A stretch of 63,954 nucleotides of DNA, counting the filler, from Reticulomyxa filosa (taxonomy: Eukaryota; Protista; Foraminifera), in assembly GCA_000512085.1 (NCBI GenBank). It is 22 parts of 22 records of this genome, joined end to end, with 100 filler letters (N's around TTAATTAATTAA, not from the genome) between each part and the next. Parts side by side here need not be neighbours in the genome. Positions count along the whole stretch, not along the records: positions 36,220 to 43,836 come from ASPP01004613.1; positions 43,937 to 47,028 come from ASPP01023232.1; positions 47,129 to 49,782 come from ASPP01023661.1; positions 49,883 to 51,115 come from ASPP01035000.1; positions 51,216 to 53,082 come from ASPP01045386.1; positions 53,183 to 54,223 come from ASPP01005324.1; 16 more parts are not named here. One strand, 5' to 3'. A program made the position numbers and the translations under genes. This document shows, piece by piece, positions 39,601 through 53,299 of the stretch. The notes beneath the pieces were generated by a model. That model had not been told where the DNA came from. It worked only from the letters and a program-made list of their open reading frames with translations, and did no database searches. The stretch's first letter is position 1. Every line of letters starts with the position of its first letter.

Positions 39601-42600
39601 TAATTTAATGGAAGCACACAACTTGTTTAACAAAGGTATGCATTACTTTTTAATTTACAACAAACAACATAAATATATTTTTATATTTATACGTACATAG
39701 ATTACCAGGACATACATATTTATCACATCAAATTTTCCATAACAAAGTCAATGTATTTATCTTGTATGTGATAGAAATCAAATGGATTCGCTTGTATCAA
39801 TTATCCAATATTGTCGGATATTCCTTTGTTGAAAGCATTTCGTCGATCTTGTTCAAGTTCATAATTGATACAACATAGATAGTTCATCCATTCAGATTTT
39901 ATCGTTTATTTGCAAATAATCTGATCTTTGGTCTAATTATCTTCCAATCTCGTCATTCACCGGTGCCAGTTCCCACATCAGCTCAAAACCAAACTCGATG
40001 AAAGCACAAGAAACATCAAATCTATATTTCATTTGCTTGTGTTTTTATTGTTTTTTTTAACATCAAATATTTTTGATATTTCCAAAAGGAATTTTCGTTT
40101 CAATTTCCACAGGCCTTTTATTTTTGTTTGAGTCTGCTTTTGCTTTTGTACGGCCTTTGCCAGTTTCTTTTTTTTTGGCAAACAAATAATTCAACTTTTT
40201 TCTGAAACTCCTTCAACACTTTCTTCTATACATCATTTTCACAATCCTTCCCAACTTCACTCAAACCGGAAAAAAATTTTCTTTTCTTGATTAGCACCAC
40301 TTTCTAAATATACATCATTCTAGTATTATACTAAAAAAAAAAATCTTTTTTTTTTTTCATTACATTTTGTCCTTCGTCCATATCACCGTTGTCAACTCAA
40401 TTTCAACTTCGCAAGTACATTAATAAGTAAATGAGTGTGCAGTCATCCACAACAAATTACCAGTCGCTTGCATTTCGTCAATTACTTGAACATTTTAATA
40501 GTCACGTTTGCATTTATTGTTTTGTCGATAGAAAGGAGATGCTATTATAATGTTGTGTCATTTGACTTGTATTTTGTGATACATTATAGCTTGAGCTGGA
40601 CCTTGATCATTTACTAATACATAATATGTAACACATTTGTGTTGCGATATGATCCATTATTCAATCCGCTCAAGCTGTCTGTCACAATACTAGCCAAAGT
40701 CTACACCATATTATAATGATTCAATCTGCGACAGATTTCAAATGAAAAGGTGCATATCGAGATTATCAACAATTGTTAATACACGATATTGAATTTTTGC
40801 TAGATCAACATTATTCAACTTCACTTTTATTCGAAATAATACATTGTGCGTAGCTTTCATCATTTCTACATAGCAATATATATTTCATCACCGGACGTAC
40901 ACACTTAGATATTTAATATGCAAAAAACATGGACAGATAAATATACGTGACTTAATAGCGATAGTGACAGTAGTATTTCTCATACTCGCAGTTGCACTTG
41001 TCGTGATTGTGCGATTGTCTTCAAAAATATATATATAGCCATTATATAATATACCAATTACATATCGCAACCATTTCTCCGTTCATGTTGTTGATATTTT
41101 GCTCATAAAAATTGTATATGTTCAAGATAGAATATCTACCACATGGTGGAAATGCTTAGAACCACACAACGCATCATTTCGGCAATGAACTTGAGGTTGA
41201 TGGCGAAGAACTCTCGACCGACGTAGTTGACGTTTCGTCACTTCGAGAGTTTGCTTATATTGAGAGAGACGTTGAACCAAAATGAAATATGATTCAAAGA
41301 TGTCGTCTGCTCCACTAAGCATTTGAGTTAATCACCGGATCTGCAATTCTACGTTCGGAAAGAACTGATTCAATTTGTTTGAACAGATTGATATCATTTT
41401 GTTTGTTTTCAAAAATTCATATTCACAAAATGTGAACAATTTTTATAATGGTTTCAGAAATACAGTTACATTCGTTAAATTACTCAAAGTAAAAAAAAAC
41501 ACCAAAATAAACAAAGGTCACAAGTTAAAAAAAAGTTAATGGAAAAGGGACAAGCGAACATTATTTTTACCAAAATGCTCTACTTTTCATACAACCAAAA
41601 CAATGGTAAAAACATCTTTACTTGTCTGTTAAACTAAACAAAGAACTCGTTTTGTTTGTTTTTTTGGTGTGCCAAGACTAACAAGAAACACGTTACAAGC
41701 GAGCTCTACAATGATTGTAAATTGAATAGTGGTAGCGTCGAAATGATAAAAATAACTTATTGGACTCAGATATGTGAGCAAAGGAATCTATAAAAAAAAT
41801 GCGAACATGGTAATGTTTTGGAATATGTAAATATTTTTGATCCCGGATCTGTGCTAAGGTATTCAAATACATTTACATTTTAAAAATATTGTAACAAACT
41901 ATCAAGTGAGAATGGGCATACAATTTGTTGTGATTATGTGCTGACAAACTAAATAATGACAATAGTGGATGAAATTCAATGGAATATCTCTCTTCAATCT
42001 CGCTCTTAATCTCTACATCGCCACAAGTATGTGTGATGGATATTTTATTTATCAATTACAAAGTCCTTGAATTCTTATTGATTATCATATGTTGTTACTT
42101 TTCATCAAATACCATAAAGTATACTCGTAATAAAGAATGAACAAACCAAAAAACGCGTATCATTGTGAATCAATCACTTTTTAAAATAGAGTGTAATAAA
42201 ATTGTAAAAAGATATGGAAAAAACAAGGAACACTTAATTCAATTTTTTTGTTGTTTGAACAACAAAAAAGTCTTTCAAACTGAGGTTTTTTAACGGACTA
42301 ACACTGAAAAAAAAAGTGATGCATGAAATGTTATATCAGGTAGAGGGATTAAACAATAGTAGTGTTTTTAACTACCTCACATGAAGATGAGAACGTGCCA
42401 ATCAGTTTTAAATTATCAAGTACTTACTACGGAAAGTAAGAGTGGCATGGGTTCATTTGGGATTAATTGTACACAAATATATGTTTGTTTTTTTTTGCTG
42501 AATGTTGGATTGTGTATAAAATATGTAGAAAAACAAAATAATATTCGGATAAATATGTATTATTTTCATGGTATGTTGTTGGGGACATTCTCTTTTTTTA

Positions 42601-43055
42601 TAATAACCTAATCTTTTCAAAAATCAAATCCAACAAAATGTTGTCCTTAGTTTTTTTAGCACATTTTGTTTTGGAAAGGACAACATGACAACACACACCA
42701 ACAAAATCCAAGAATGACAACCAAAAAAAAAAAAAAAGAAAAAGTCTTGGTATTGTGTGTAAGTGTTAGGTCATTCACAAGCAAAAATGACACAATTGGA
42801 GCCGCCCCAAAAAAAAAAAGGATGAAAAGTCAATAACCCAATTAGAATTATTTCTCCGCCTCTCTTATGAACGGTATATGTTTTAAGTTTTAAATGTTAA
42901 ATAAATAGTGGGAGAGAGAGTAGAGTTAAACCAACAACATTCAATTCACAGGGTACCGTATAATCATAAAAAACAAAAATAAAAAATAAAAAGTTCAACA
43001 CATTTGTAAGAGTTGCAATCGCAGAAATGATGAGAGATGCGCGTTTAATTTCTTT

Positions 43056-43836
43056 TCAATCAATTAGTTCAATATCTTCTTCATTGTTGGGTTGATTCTT
43101 TTCATCTGGTGTTTTTTCATCTGTGTTCGCAGTATTATTATTTTTTTGTCCTTCCGAAACAGTTGCTTTTTTTTCACTTTTTTCGGAATTCGCTTCTTTC
43201 TTTTCTGTCGTTGGACCCTTCATTTTCTGTAACTTTTGCAATTTGGCATGATGATCCGCAATTCGAATAGCCATTGCTTCCAAGAATCGATTACTTAGAT
43301 TCTTTTACAATAAGCATGTTTCAGAGCATACAAAGAATGAATATAAACCATTAAATAAGGAAAACATCCTTGACAAAAAAAAAACAAAGACAAACCTCGG
43401 AAGCAGGTAAAAACTCTTTCCAGTTTTGTTTGCGACGAATTCTGTTGTTAAGTGTTTCAACGACTTGCGATTGAGTAACAGCAGCAACAATATCTTTTGC
43501 ACTGACTTGCATTTTTTTAAAACGAGAGAACTGCTCAAGGAACCTAGCTTTCACCCAACCTTCGTTGTCCATAAGTCCTTGTAAAAACTCGTCCTGCTTC
43601 AAATTTTTTTCACTGAAATAATACTCCCTATATACATTTATACATATATACGCATATATGTATATATTATTTATATTTATAATATTATTGACAAAAACAA
43701 AAGTTACTAAACACTTGAGCTTTAATTTTCTCGGATAAAGATTCTTTGGACTCTTTCTGTTTGGATCGCGGTGGTGGGGTTTGAGCTCGATCGGTGCGAC
43801 GAGGAAAGTCGGACGTGGTTTCAGGGAATGCATTGG
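43056..43836 (-). CDS. La-motif (LARP-family) RNA-binding protein, 5' partial, multi-exon
   Basis: EYYFSEKNLKQDEFLQGLMDNEGWVKARFLEQFSRFKKM...VVETLNNRIRRKQNWKEF is a La motif. Final exon is 43056 to about 43300. Confidence 0.88.
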
Positions 43837-44329
43837 NNNNNNNNNNNNNNNNNNNNNNNNNNNNNNNNNNNNNNNNNNNNTTAATTAATTAANNNNNNNN
43901 NNNNNNNNNNNNNNNNNNNNNNNNNNNNNNNNNNNNGAATGCTATAAAACAAAAAACCAGTCTAGAGGTTTGTGATTGCTCCATTGTCACTTTAAAAATA
44001 ATTACCAAATAACTCAAAATGCAATATACTAAAACAGAAATTAGTAATTATACTGATACATAAGACAAATATATTTTTTGATGAAATTACAAAACAATGC
44101 TAATACATCTTGTTAGAAAAGAGTCAAAACACTTTTTTTTGGACTCAGTTTTAAATAAATGAACAAATTTTTAAAAAATTAGATTCATACAAACAATTTT
44201 TAATTGATTTTGATGCATTCAAATACTATATTCAACATTACAATTTTGTGAAAATGAATGTTTATTGATATCAAATATTATTAGATGAAATAATTAAAAT
44301 ATTGAATTCATAATATTTTTTTTCAAAGT

Positions 44330-45448
44330 TAGATTTTTGTATCGTCTTCAGCTTTTCTACTAGGCCATTAATGATCTTGAATACTGGCCTTTGATTGCGA
44401 AAGATATTCATGATATCATCAAAATGCTGCAATTTATCGATACTGGTGGTTCGACATTATTTACTTGTAAGGGTATCACCGCTATCGCTGATATCGCTTC
44501 TATTTCTCTTTATCTTTTTATTCAAAGCTCCAGCACTACTGTTACTGTAATTGAGAAAGTTTTGTGTTAACGTTAGTGTTGATTCCAATGATTTAGACAA
44601 TAGCTTATTGCTTGGCCCTTTTTTGCATTCAACAGGTTCACAAGCCTAGAAAATTTAGCTTGATCCCAAGGATCAATGCTTTGTGCAAGTTTCCAGAAGT
44701 TCTTAAACTCAGTTTTGAGTTTTTCACATTTTTTAAAACAATTAAATTTTTTTTGCATAGACGCTTTGCGTTGTGCAGTATTTGCGTTGTCGACGCTATT
44801 GTAATATAAATCAACAATAAACTCATCAGATAGTGAATAATATTTTAGATCGCTTTTGTTCTTTATTTCTTGTATTTTGGCTCGTCGATAATGTACATTA
44901 TACGTTTCTTACATTGTACGTAGTTTTTCAACTCCACCAAAAAATGACTAATTTGCAATTTTTCGTAGTCAAAAAGTTTCACATTATCGATGTTTGTGTC
45001 TGACGCATTATCATCTTCATCTTCATCACAATAATAGTTATTATCATTGTCATTTGTATACACAGTTTTTGGTTTGAAATAATTTTTCAAGTTTTCCGAT
45101 GTTGGGCAGTCTTCAGCAAAACTATGTTATTTATATGTATATTGTGAAAATTTTTTACTTTATGCTTTATAAATTAAATTTCAATATGGAGATCATTTAT
45201 ATAAAATTGATTGAATATATTTAAATACTTGAATGTTATATACAAAAGAAAGACGAATAAACAAATGTCTATTTATATTTTTTATGTGTTGACAGTTTTA
45301 TCTTTTTGTCTTCTTGAGTATTGTCAATTTCGTCGTCACCATCCAATGTTTTATTTTTTCTTTGAGATGTTGTTGGTGCAATATCTTCTTTTTAATTGAC
45401 ATTAGTTGTTGTAGGCTAATTTTCAGATGCTGATTCCATTGGAATCAT
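44330..45448 (-). pseudogene. Fragmented uncharacterised gene
   Basis: Short consecutive minus ORFs (44863-45090, 44638-44826, 44573-44758) in shifting frames. Confidence 0.35.
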
Positions 45449-47882
45449 GGCAAAAATTATTTGGAATAAAAGATATAAATAATACAAAACAATGTTGCTA
45501 ATAAATAGCAAACAATGATCTAACAAAACTTATATAAACAAAAAAAACAAAAAAAAAAATAAAACTATATATCATGATTGTATATTTCATTTATGTATGT
45601 CTTTTATTTATTCAATATAGTTTATTGCTATGTTAAAATGTATACCATTTGATAAGTATTTGTCACTAAATAATTTGATAATTTTAATTGTAAAAATCAT
45701 AAGTTATCATAAGAACTTGTATACAGATCCTTGAGAACACTTTTCTATCGGAAAAACTAAGGATTCATATAATATGCACATATCGTTTTCTTTTAATACT
45801 ATTTAGAAAAATAGTTATATTGCTAGTATATAATTGTAAAATACTGAAATTATTTTTCTACATAATTTATATGATTATGTGAAAGTGAAATTAATGATTC
45901 ATAAAACTTAAGAAAAAAAGTTCTTAATGTCAAGCTAGCAATGCAAAGATTCAATTATTTACTAAAGAAAATGCAAAGTGCATTAATTGTATCAAATATA
46001 CTACTACATATTCAACTTCACAAATTCAAATGATTGCAATATTAATATGATTTACAAAAATTTAAACATAATACAAGTTTTTCATTTTTGCTTAAACTTT
46101 ATGTATAATCAATTTCACTTTTTTATAATCATGATAATTAGAATTTAAGTATTTCAAAAATTATTGTTGAATTCAAATTTTGTTTTCGGCAAATAATAAA
46201 GAAAAAATTTAATTATATATGTAAATAACGTTGTTTTTAAGGATTCGACAAATAATAAAATACATGGATCCTGAATTTTATTTTCAGATTGACTCTAATA
46301 TATAAATTGTTATGACTACAAGTGATATAATTGTAATTAATTGATATGAAAAAAAAATTCAATCATAATTTATAATAAAATTTTGCATATTTGAAATTTC
46401 GTACAATACATGCTCAAATATTATATTACAAAGTATAAAGCAAAAAAAAAGTTAACTAAAATTGCACTTTATTAAAATAATCACTTTTTTTCATGAAAAA
46501 CAATATACAACATAAAAAAACAACATGAAGTACACATTATATTAATTCAAATAACGAAATAGCTTCAAGCAAAGCTTATCCAACTCCAGAATCATAAAAA
46601 AAAAAATTGCAATACAGTGTTGTGAAAAAATAAACAAAAATTGTAACTGAAAACTAACTTTGTCAAAAATCAAAGTTATTTCACCGGAATTTCACCAATC
46701 GATTAACAAATGTTTGTTCTAACGTTCTAACATAATTTGGAAGCTTCAATCTTATTTTTATTTTTTATGTTTTATAATACTAGTCATTCTTCGTAGGTTT
46801 TCAAAGATACTTTTCATTCTCTTTCCAAGGTGAAAAGGATACTTACCAACCAACTTTTTTTTAAGGTGTTTCAGAAAGAGCAACAGATAAATTGTTAAAA
46901 ATGATTCAAAACTCCTTGGGATTCTCAATATCGCCATATGAAAAGTCATTTTCCCAAAATGCTTCTTTATAGTACACTTTATACTGCAAAAACACTGATC
47001 GCAGTCTAACTTTGTCAAAAATCAAAGTNNNNNNNNNNNNNNNNNNNNNNNNNNNNNNNNNNNNNNNNNNNNTTAATTAATTAANNNNNNNNNNNNNNNN
47101 NNNNNNNNNNNNNNNNNNNNNNNNNNNNTTTTTTTTTTATCCCCCTTTTTTTTTTTTTTTTTTTTTTTTTTTGTGGTGTGGTGTTTTTCCTTCCTCGAAC
47201 TTTCGCTAGATCTGCTTGTTGTTTGTTCAACTTTTTTTTTTTTTTTTTTTATGACAGCTGTCTGGGAACAATAGTCGAATTGAAGCGATTAAAAATCAAC
47301 TGGAAGGGGCTCAAGAGTGGCAACTCCGTGCCATTGAAAAATTATTGTCTTGATCAGATCTTTTTTTCTTTTTTTTCCCCCCTTAGAAAAAGATATTGCT
47401 TGTTAAAACTTTTGTCCTTTTGTAGAGGATTTGTTTCTTATGTCTCAATAGCCTTTTTTTTTTTTTTCGTTTGTGCTATCCTTTTGTTATCGCACTGTAT
47501 ACAAACAACGAAACACTTGTGGTCAACGTTACGCCATGTGATTAAAGGTCATTTATACTACAATCTTTGAAAAATCGAGTGACTTTGTGTCAGTTTACTA
47601 ACTTGCTCGTTTAGTTATTGAGAAATCATTTGCCTGCAAGGATGGTAAAAAAAAAAAGCAATGCTACTGTTTGAAATAAATGCTCTTTTTTTTCCTCTTT
47701 AAATGGAGTGTGGCTACAGTCAAAGATCGAAATTTTTAATGATCGATTTGTTATGTTTAAAACATGCATAGAAGTTTGATAAACCAAAAGAGTCAAGCAA
47801 AAAAAAAAAAAGTATTGTTTTGTACGAATTGCAGTTGTGTCTACAAAAAGTGATGAGATAAAGAGGAAGATGAAGAAGAAAG

Positions 47883-48673
47883 TTAGCCTCTGCCTCTCAA
47901 TTTTCCATCTTTGTACAACAAAGGCTTAATGCGAGGAAGAGGTACAAACAAAGAGTTAGGTTTGGAGACATTGTGATGCCAGAAAGGAATAGTGGACCAT
48001 TGGGCAGGTTTCATCGTCTGATAGTATTTGCCATAGTCATCTGCTGGTGGTTTCTTGCCCTTTTTAGAGCCCGAGTCGGAGGCCTTAGGCACATCTAGAT
48101 TGTTGTTCAATTCCAGTATATTTTTAGGATCGACTGGAGGTGGTGGTGATTCGTTGATGTGATTCGTTGGGTAATTGATCTCCTCTGTCACTCCTGTCGG
48201 CGGACGATAGCTGGATGGGCCCAAGTCGATCACATCTTTTGCTGCCAATTCGAAGTTGGTCAAGCGTTTTGGAGAGAATTCCACATTGCGCCATACCTTT
48301 TCATTCGTTTATTTTTTTATTTTTTGGTTAACATTTTCTGTTTTTCTGTTCAATAGAAAACAAACACTAACCAACAATTCACGGAATCCTCTTTTCCCAC
48401 GCTGTCCAATTATGTCTCTATAGTCGAACCGGTACTGCTCACCGGTCAAATCGTCGGTTATCCAACCTCGACACCAACGATGGTCCCAATGAGACACTTG
48501 CCCACGTACGCGGCCTTTCGAAGATACCGCCACTGAACTAAGCTTCTCGTGCTCAACTGCAAATCGCATAACCATTCACAAAAAAAAAAAGCACCATGTA
48601 AACACTTTTCATACTTGTGAAAGAAAAAAAACAACAAGATTTGTTGGAAAATTGTTACATTGATTGCCGCCAT
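47883..48673 (-). CDS. Divergent cold-shock/OB-fold domain protein with Pro-rich tail (about 3 exons)
   Basis: GRVRGQVSHWDHRWCRGWITDDLTGEQYRFDYRDIIGQRGKRGFRELL|VWRNVEF parallels the CSD consensus GxVKWF..KGYGFI...GFRSL..G..VEF. Intron about 48372-48297. Confidence 0.6.
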
Positions 48674-49068
48674 ATTTGTAGTCCTTATAAGGCCCCAACC
48701 ACCGATATATATTCAAAAACACTCCATTTTGTTGTGGAAGAGAACATTTTATTGACTTATTTCTTTTGATGAGATTCATCTTTAATCAAAGAAAAAACTC
48801 AAGGTTGGGCCCACTTTCCAAAACACGTTTTTAGTGTTTTATACCAGTTTTCTTTACTGTTGTGCAACGTGTCTGTGCATGGTCTGTTGAAAAAATTTAA
48901 TAAACAGAAAAAAGAAAAATTTTTTTGCCACAACAAATAAAAATTTAAAGCTTTTGAAAAAAGAGTTTATAAAACGAATCGGCAAGAGATCACGACAAAC
49001 AAAAACGAGTCCAAAAGAGTTTTTCTCCTCCCCCCCCTCCCCCTACCCCTTTTCCTTATGGCTTTAGC

Positions 49069-49782
49069 ATGGATTCCAATTACAGTGATATAAAAATAGT
49101 CTGCCCAACAGAAAACGGGGTATCATATGGCAAATCCACGTGTTTTGGATTGTTGCCAGATGATCTGTTATCATATGGGGTGATGGCATTTTTGACCGTC
49201 AAGGAGCTGTGCATGATGAGCTGTGTGTGTTGCCGTTGGTTGCATCTGTCCTCAGCTGACGTGAGATTACTTCCAAAAAAAAAAAAATCACAATTGAATA
49301 TGAGGTCACAAATTGCAACAAAAAAAAAAAAAAAAAAAAAGTCCCATTGGAAACGAATGATATTTCCAGTGGAAATCGGACAACGGCAGCTGTTTTCAGA
49401 GAAGATGGACAAGAAGTTGGACGGAACAAAGGAGAAGACAAAGGACTGGCAAAGCGAAGTGGCGTATAAGTTGGTGGCGAAACACAAGGGCACATTAGAA
49501 GTGTTGAAGTGGTGCGGCCTCGAGACGTTGACAAAGGGCATGCATAGGGTGTTTCACACGTCGACGAGCATTCTCGATAAGCGCAGTTTTGACAAGTTGC
49601 AAACGTTGCACTTTTGTAATCTGCTTAACATTACCGACAAAGTCATTGCTAACGTCGTTTCCCAATGCCCACGTTTGACCGAGTGTTCGGTCTCTGGCTG
49701 TGTTACCCTTACTGACCAAGTTTTTTTTATCTTTTTTTTTTTTTTTTTTAGAAATGACGTATTACTTTTATGACAATTTAAA
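49069..49782 (+). CDS. F-box/LRR-repeat protein, 3' partial
   Basis: F-box FGLLPDDLLSYGVMAFLTVKELCMMSCVCCRW. Cys-containing LRRs ITDKVIANVVSQCPRLTECSVSGCVTLTD. Probable intron about 49261-49341. Confidence 0.88.
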
Positions 49783-49924
49783 NNNNNNNNNNNNNNNNNN
49801 NNNNNNNNNNNNNNNNNNNNNNNNNNTTAATTAATTAANNNNNNNNNNNNNNNNNNNNNNNNNNNNNNNNNNNNNNNNNNNNAAATTTGAAAAATTCGAA
49901 ATTACAAAACCAATCTGGGACGAT

Positions 49925-50155
49925 ATGAAAATTTATTAATTTATTAGTCCATGAAAATGTATTAATTTATTAGTCCATTGAAAAGTTTGTTTTTGATTGC
50001 TATTGAATTCACATTGGAGTTATTGATTGCCAATAGCACCGTTGGATTCAGCTCAAAGAACTGCATCTTTTATTAGTACATGAAAATTTATTAGTACATG
50101 AAATTTTATTAATTTATTAGTCCATTAAAAAGTTTTTTTTTCATTGCTATTGAAA
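49925..50155. repeat. Nested AT-rich minisatellite (26-bp ATGAAAATKTATTAATTTATTAGTCC unit; 5 TTTATTAGTMCAT cores)
   Basis: Two tandem 26-mers at 49925-49976. A variant block at about 50068-50155 has the same TTGCTATTGAA tail. Confidence 0.8.
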
Positions 50156-51215
50156 AATGTTTGTTTCTCAGTAAATGGCATTAGCTGTACTTTGGAAGAG
50201 TCGACTTTTTTGCCTGTTTAGGCTATTTTATTCCCAAAGAGATGTCAATTTATAATTCAGACGCAGCACTAAATAACAATAATAGCGAAAATGAAAAGAA
50301 TGTAGAAAAATACTTGAAATAAATAAATACGTTGCTTGGAGAGTTTGCAAAATGTATGAACAGAAGGATACATTGGCGCACAATAAAGAAGTATTGACTC
50401 AACAAATTGCGAAGCTTACTGAGGAGCTGACATCAGTGAAGAAAGAGTATAATTCACTAGCGTAAAGATATCGTGTGTTGACAATGTCACTCGACAACTT
50501 AGTAAAATCGGACGGCAGCACAAAGAATCCAGCGCCGAGTCAAAGAAAAAACCAGCTTTCACAAGAAAATCCGTTAATCAGTATTTTTTTATTATCCGAT
50601 TATTTATTTCTCACTTGGTTTCTTATGCTTGTCATCGTTATGCAAACATATATCATTAATGGCGAACTTATTTTGGGTAATGAAATAAAACAAAATGTTC
50701 TATATTTTCATAAAGGTTGATTTTTAAAGAAAATATGTCATTAATAACAACACCAAATACTATAGTTATTGCCAAAAATGGACAGATGTGATGATTATTG
50801 AAGATCATGAAGAAATGTGTGACAATTATTAACATATCTTCAGATTCGATTAATGAATTGTTTGAACACTCAGCTATGTTCTAAAGTATGAACAAAGGAG
50901 TCCAAAAGAAGACTTTATGTGTGGGTCAAAAGATCACAATTTCCCAGGATTTGTAGAAGTTGTGATATATACGTACATGTAAATTGTGCACTTACGACAA
51001 ATAATATTTACTGAAACGAAAAGAATTGTTTCTCTTCTATTTACATGACTAGAATATTATATAACATCAAGTTTTAGTTGTTAACAAACAAAAACTCAAA
51101 GCTTCGTGAGTATTCNNNNNNNNNNNNNNNNNNNNNNNNNNNNNNNNNNNNNNNNNNNNTTAATTAATTAANNNNNNNNNNNNNNNNNNNNNNNNNNNNN
51201 NNNNNNNNNNNNNNN

Positions 51216-53082
51216 TGTTTCATTGCTAACAGCGATGGTATTATGCTCTCGATTGTTAAGTTATGTATTGCCTCGTTTTCTAATTGAGTGACCCGATTTC
51301 TCACTAAGACATCAACGGCTTCAATTTGAAGCTTCACGACATTTTCAAAAATAGAATATTTTTGCATGAAACTCAGGCAACTGTAACTCAGATTGATATA
51401 ATCACACTCGGCTGCGGTCCAAGTCAAATTTATTTTCGTCACGAGATTTTGTATTTCCTTCTCTAATTTATCCGGACATTTCTTTAATGTTTCAACATTT
51501 GTTACGTGGGAGTTCCATTGCGATATCTGTTTTACAAAATCGAGCTTTGCTTTGAGATGCTTGAAAAATCGATCTCTCTCCGTATCATTAACCATGGTCT
51601 TATTATTGATGATACTTTCATTCACAATTAATTCCAGCAGCTTTTGCAACTGAGAATTAAAATCACGCTTTATCTCGGAATAAGTAAGCAATTTCATTTC
51701 TTCGGAAATATTACAATACGCCTTTCTTTTCATAAACGTTTTCACTTTTTGAAAAAATGCACTCTCTTCGTTGGCAGCTATGTTTAGGGTATTAACACTA
51801 CTAGTAAATCTTTACAATTCATATCTTGAAACATTTTTTTACGCTTCTCATACAACGAAAAAAAAAAGGAAATGAGCTTGGCATTCAATCCTTTGATTTT
51901 ATCATTGAAGTTATCAGGTAATAACTCTTCTTTGTCTTTATTTTCTTTCATTTCAGACACGTCTTTTTTCAATTCAATACACTGCAGCATAAAATCAAGG
52001 AGTTTGACCATCCATTTTGTGCCATTCGCGTCCACGCTATCACAAAATAGAGAATCAATACTCGTGATAATATCGTTGTAATATTTGTTAAGATTACTGA
52101 CCAAAGTATTGCGAGCAGTGCTGAAAAAATGATTAAATTCCTGGATATTTTCTTTGAATAAGACTTTATAACGAAATAATTCTTTCAGCATTGAAAGTGC
52201 TCCTTGTGTGTCTTCTTCCATCCATTTTTTTTCTATCGTCGTGACAATTTCTTGACAAGTTTTTACAAGATGCGTTTGGATCAACTTCTTTTGATCGAGC
52301 GTTCCAGTTTTGAGCAAATGGTTAATCTCGTCTAGGTTTTTTGTGTTAATCACCTCATTTACCGTATCTACAGCATCCTTTATTTTATGTCGAATATCAT
52401 CTTTGTATCCTTTGATTTCTTCCTCCAGATCACCCTTCATGGGTTTGGGTAAAGTCTTCAATACCATGTCACAAAGTCGGGTGCATGCCTCAATTTCTCG
52501 TGGGTTCAACTGGCCCACTTTATCGCGAATATCACATAAAAATTCTCGAATTTTTCGAGTGATATCTTCCTGGATTTTGTTCCATGTCTCTTTGTACATG
52601 GCATTGGTCTCCATGACTCTTTTCAGCTTTTCATATAGCTCTTTGGGAGGAAATGAAGAATAGGGATTCGATGTTTGTCCTTTCAGTTGAATAGCTTGGT
52701 ATTGCTTTACAATTTCCTTCAGTTTATTTTCAATGGTTTTCTCAAGTGTATCTACACGAGTCTTAATATTTCCAGAGTTTTCACCTGATTTGCGCTGTTC
52801 GTTCTCTTCCCTCTTCGTATCATTATCTCCTTCATCGCCATTGCCATCATTATTTGGGAGAATGGAAGGAGCAGATTTAAAATGATCGCCTAAAATGCCA
52901 ACAATTCTTCGAATCAGTTTGATTTTGTTTTCAGCTTCCAGAAAATTCGACGTATTGACGGATGTGTTCACACTATCCAAAACTCCTTCCATCCATTGTT
53001 GGAAGATTGCCTTTGTGTCCTCTTCTTTCTTTTCGAAATCTTTTTGTGCTACTTCATCTACAAATTCAATGACGTATTGTTT
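51216..53082 (-). CDS. Large intronless alpha-helical protein fragment of unknown family; frameshift near 51785; partial at both ends
   Basis: ORFs of 402 aa and 193 aa are contiguous across one frame change. K/E/L/I-rich. Confidence 0.65.
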
Positions 53083-53182
53083 NNNNNNNNNNNNNNNNNN
53101 NNNNNNNNNNNNNNNNNNNNNNNNNNTTAATTAATTAANNNNNNNNNNNNNNNNNNNNNNNNNNNNNNNNNNNNNNNNNNNN

Positions 53183-53215
<33 letters not shown>

Positions 53216-53299
53216 AAAAAAAATAATTGAAAATTTGGTAAAAATGAAAAAAGAAAATAATGAAAAAGAAAAGAAGGATAGCGCCGACGAACAAAGAAA

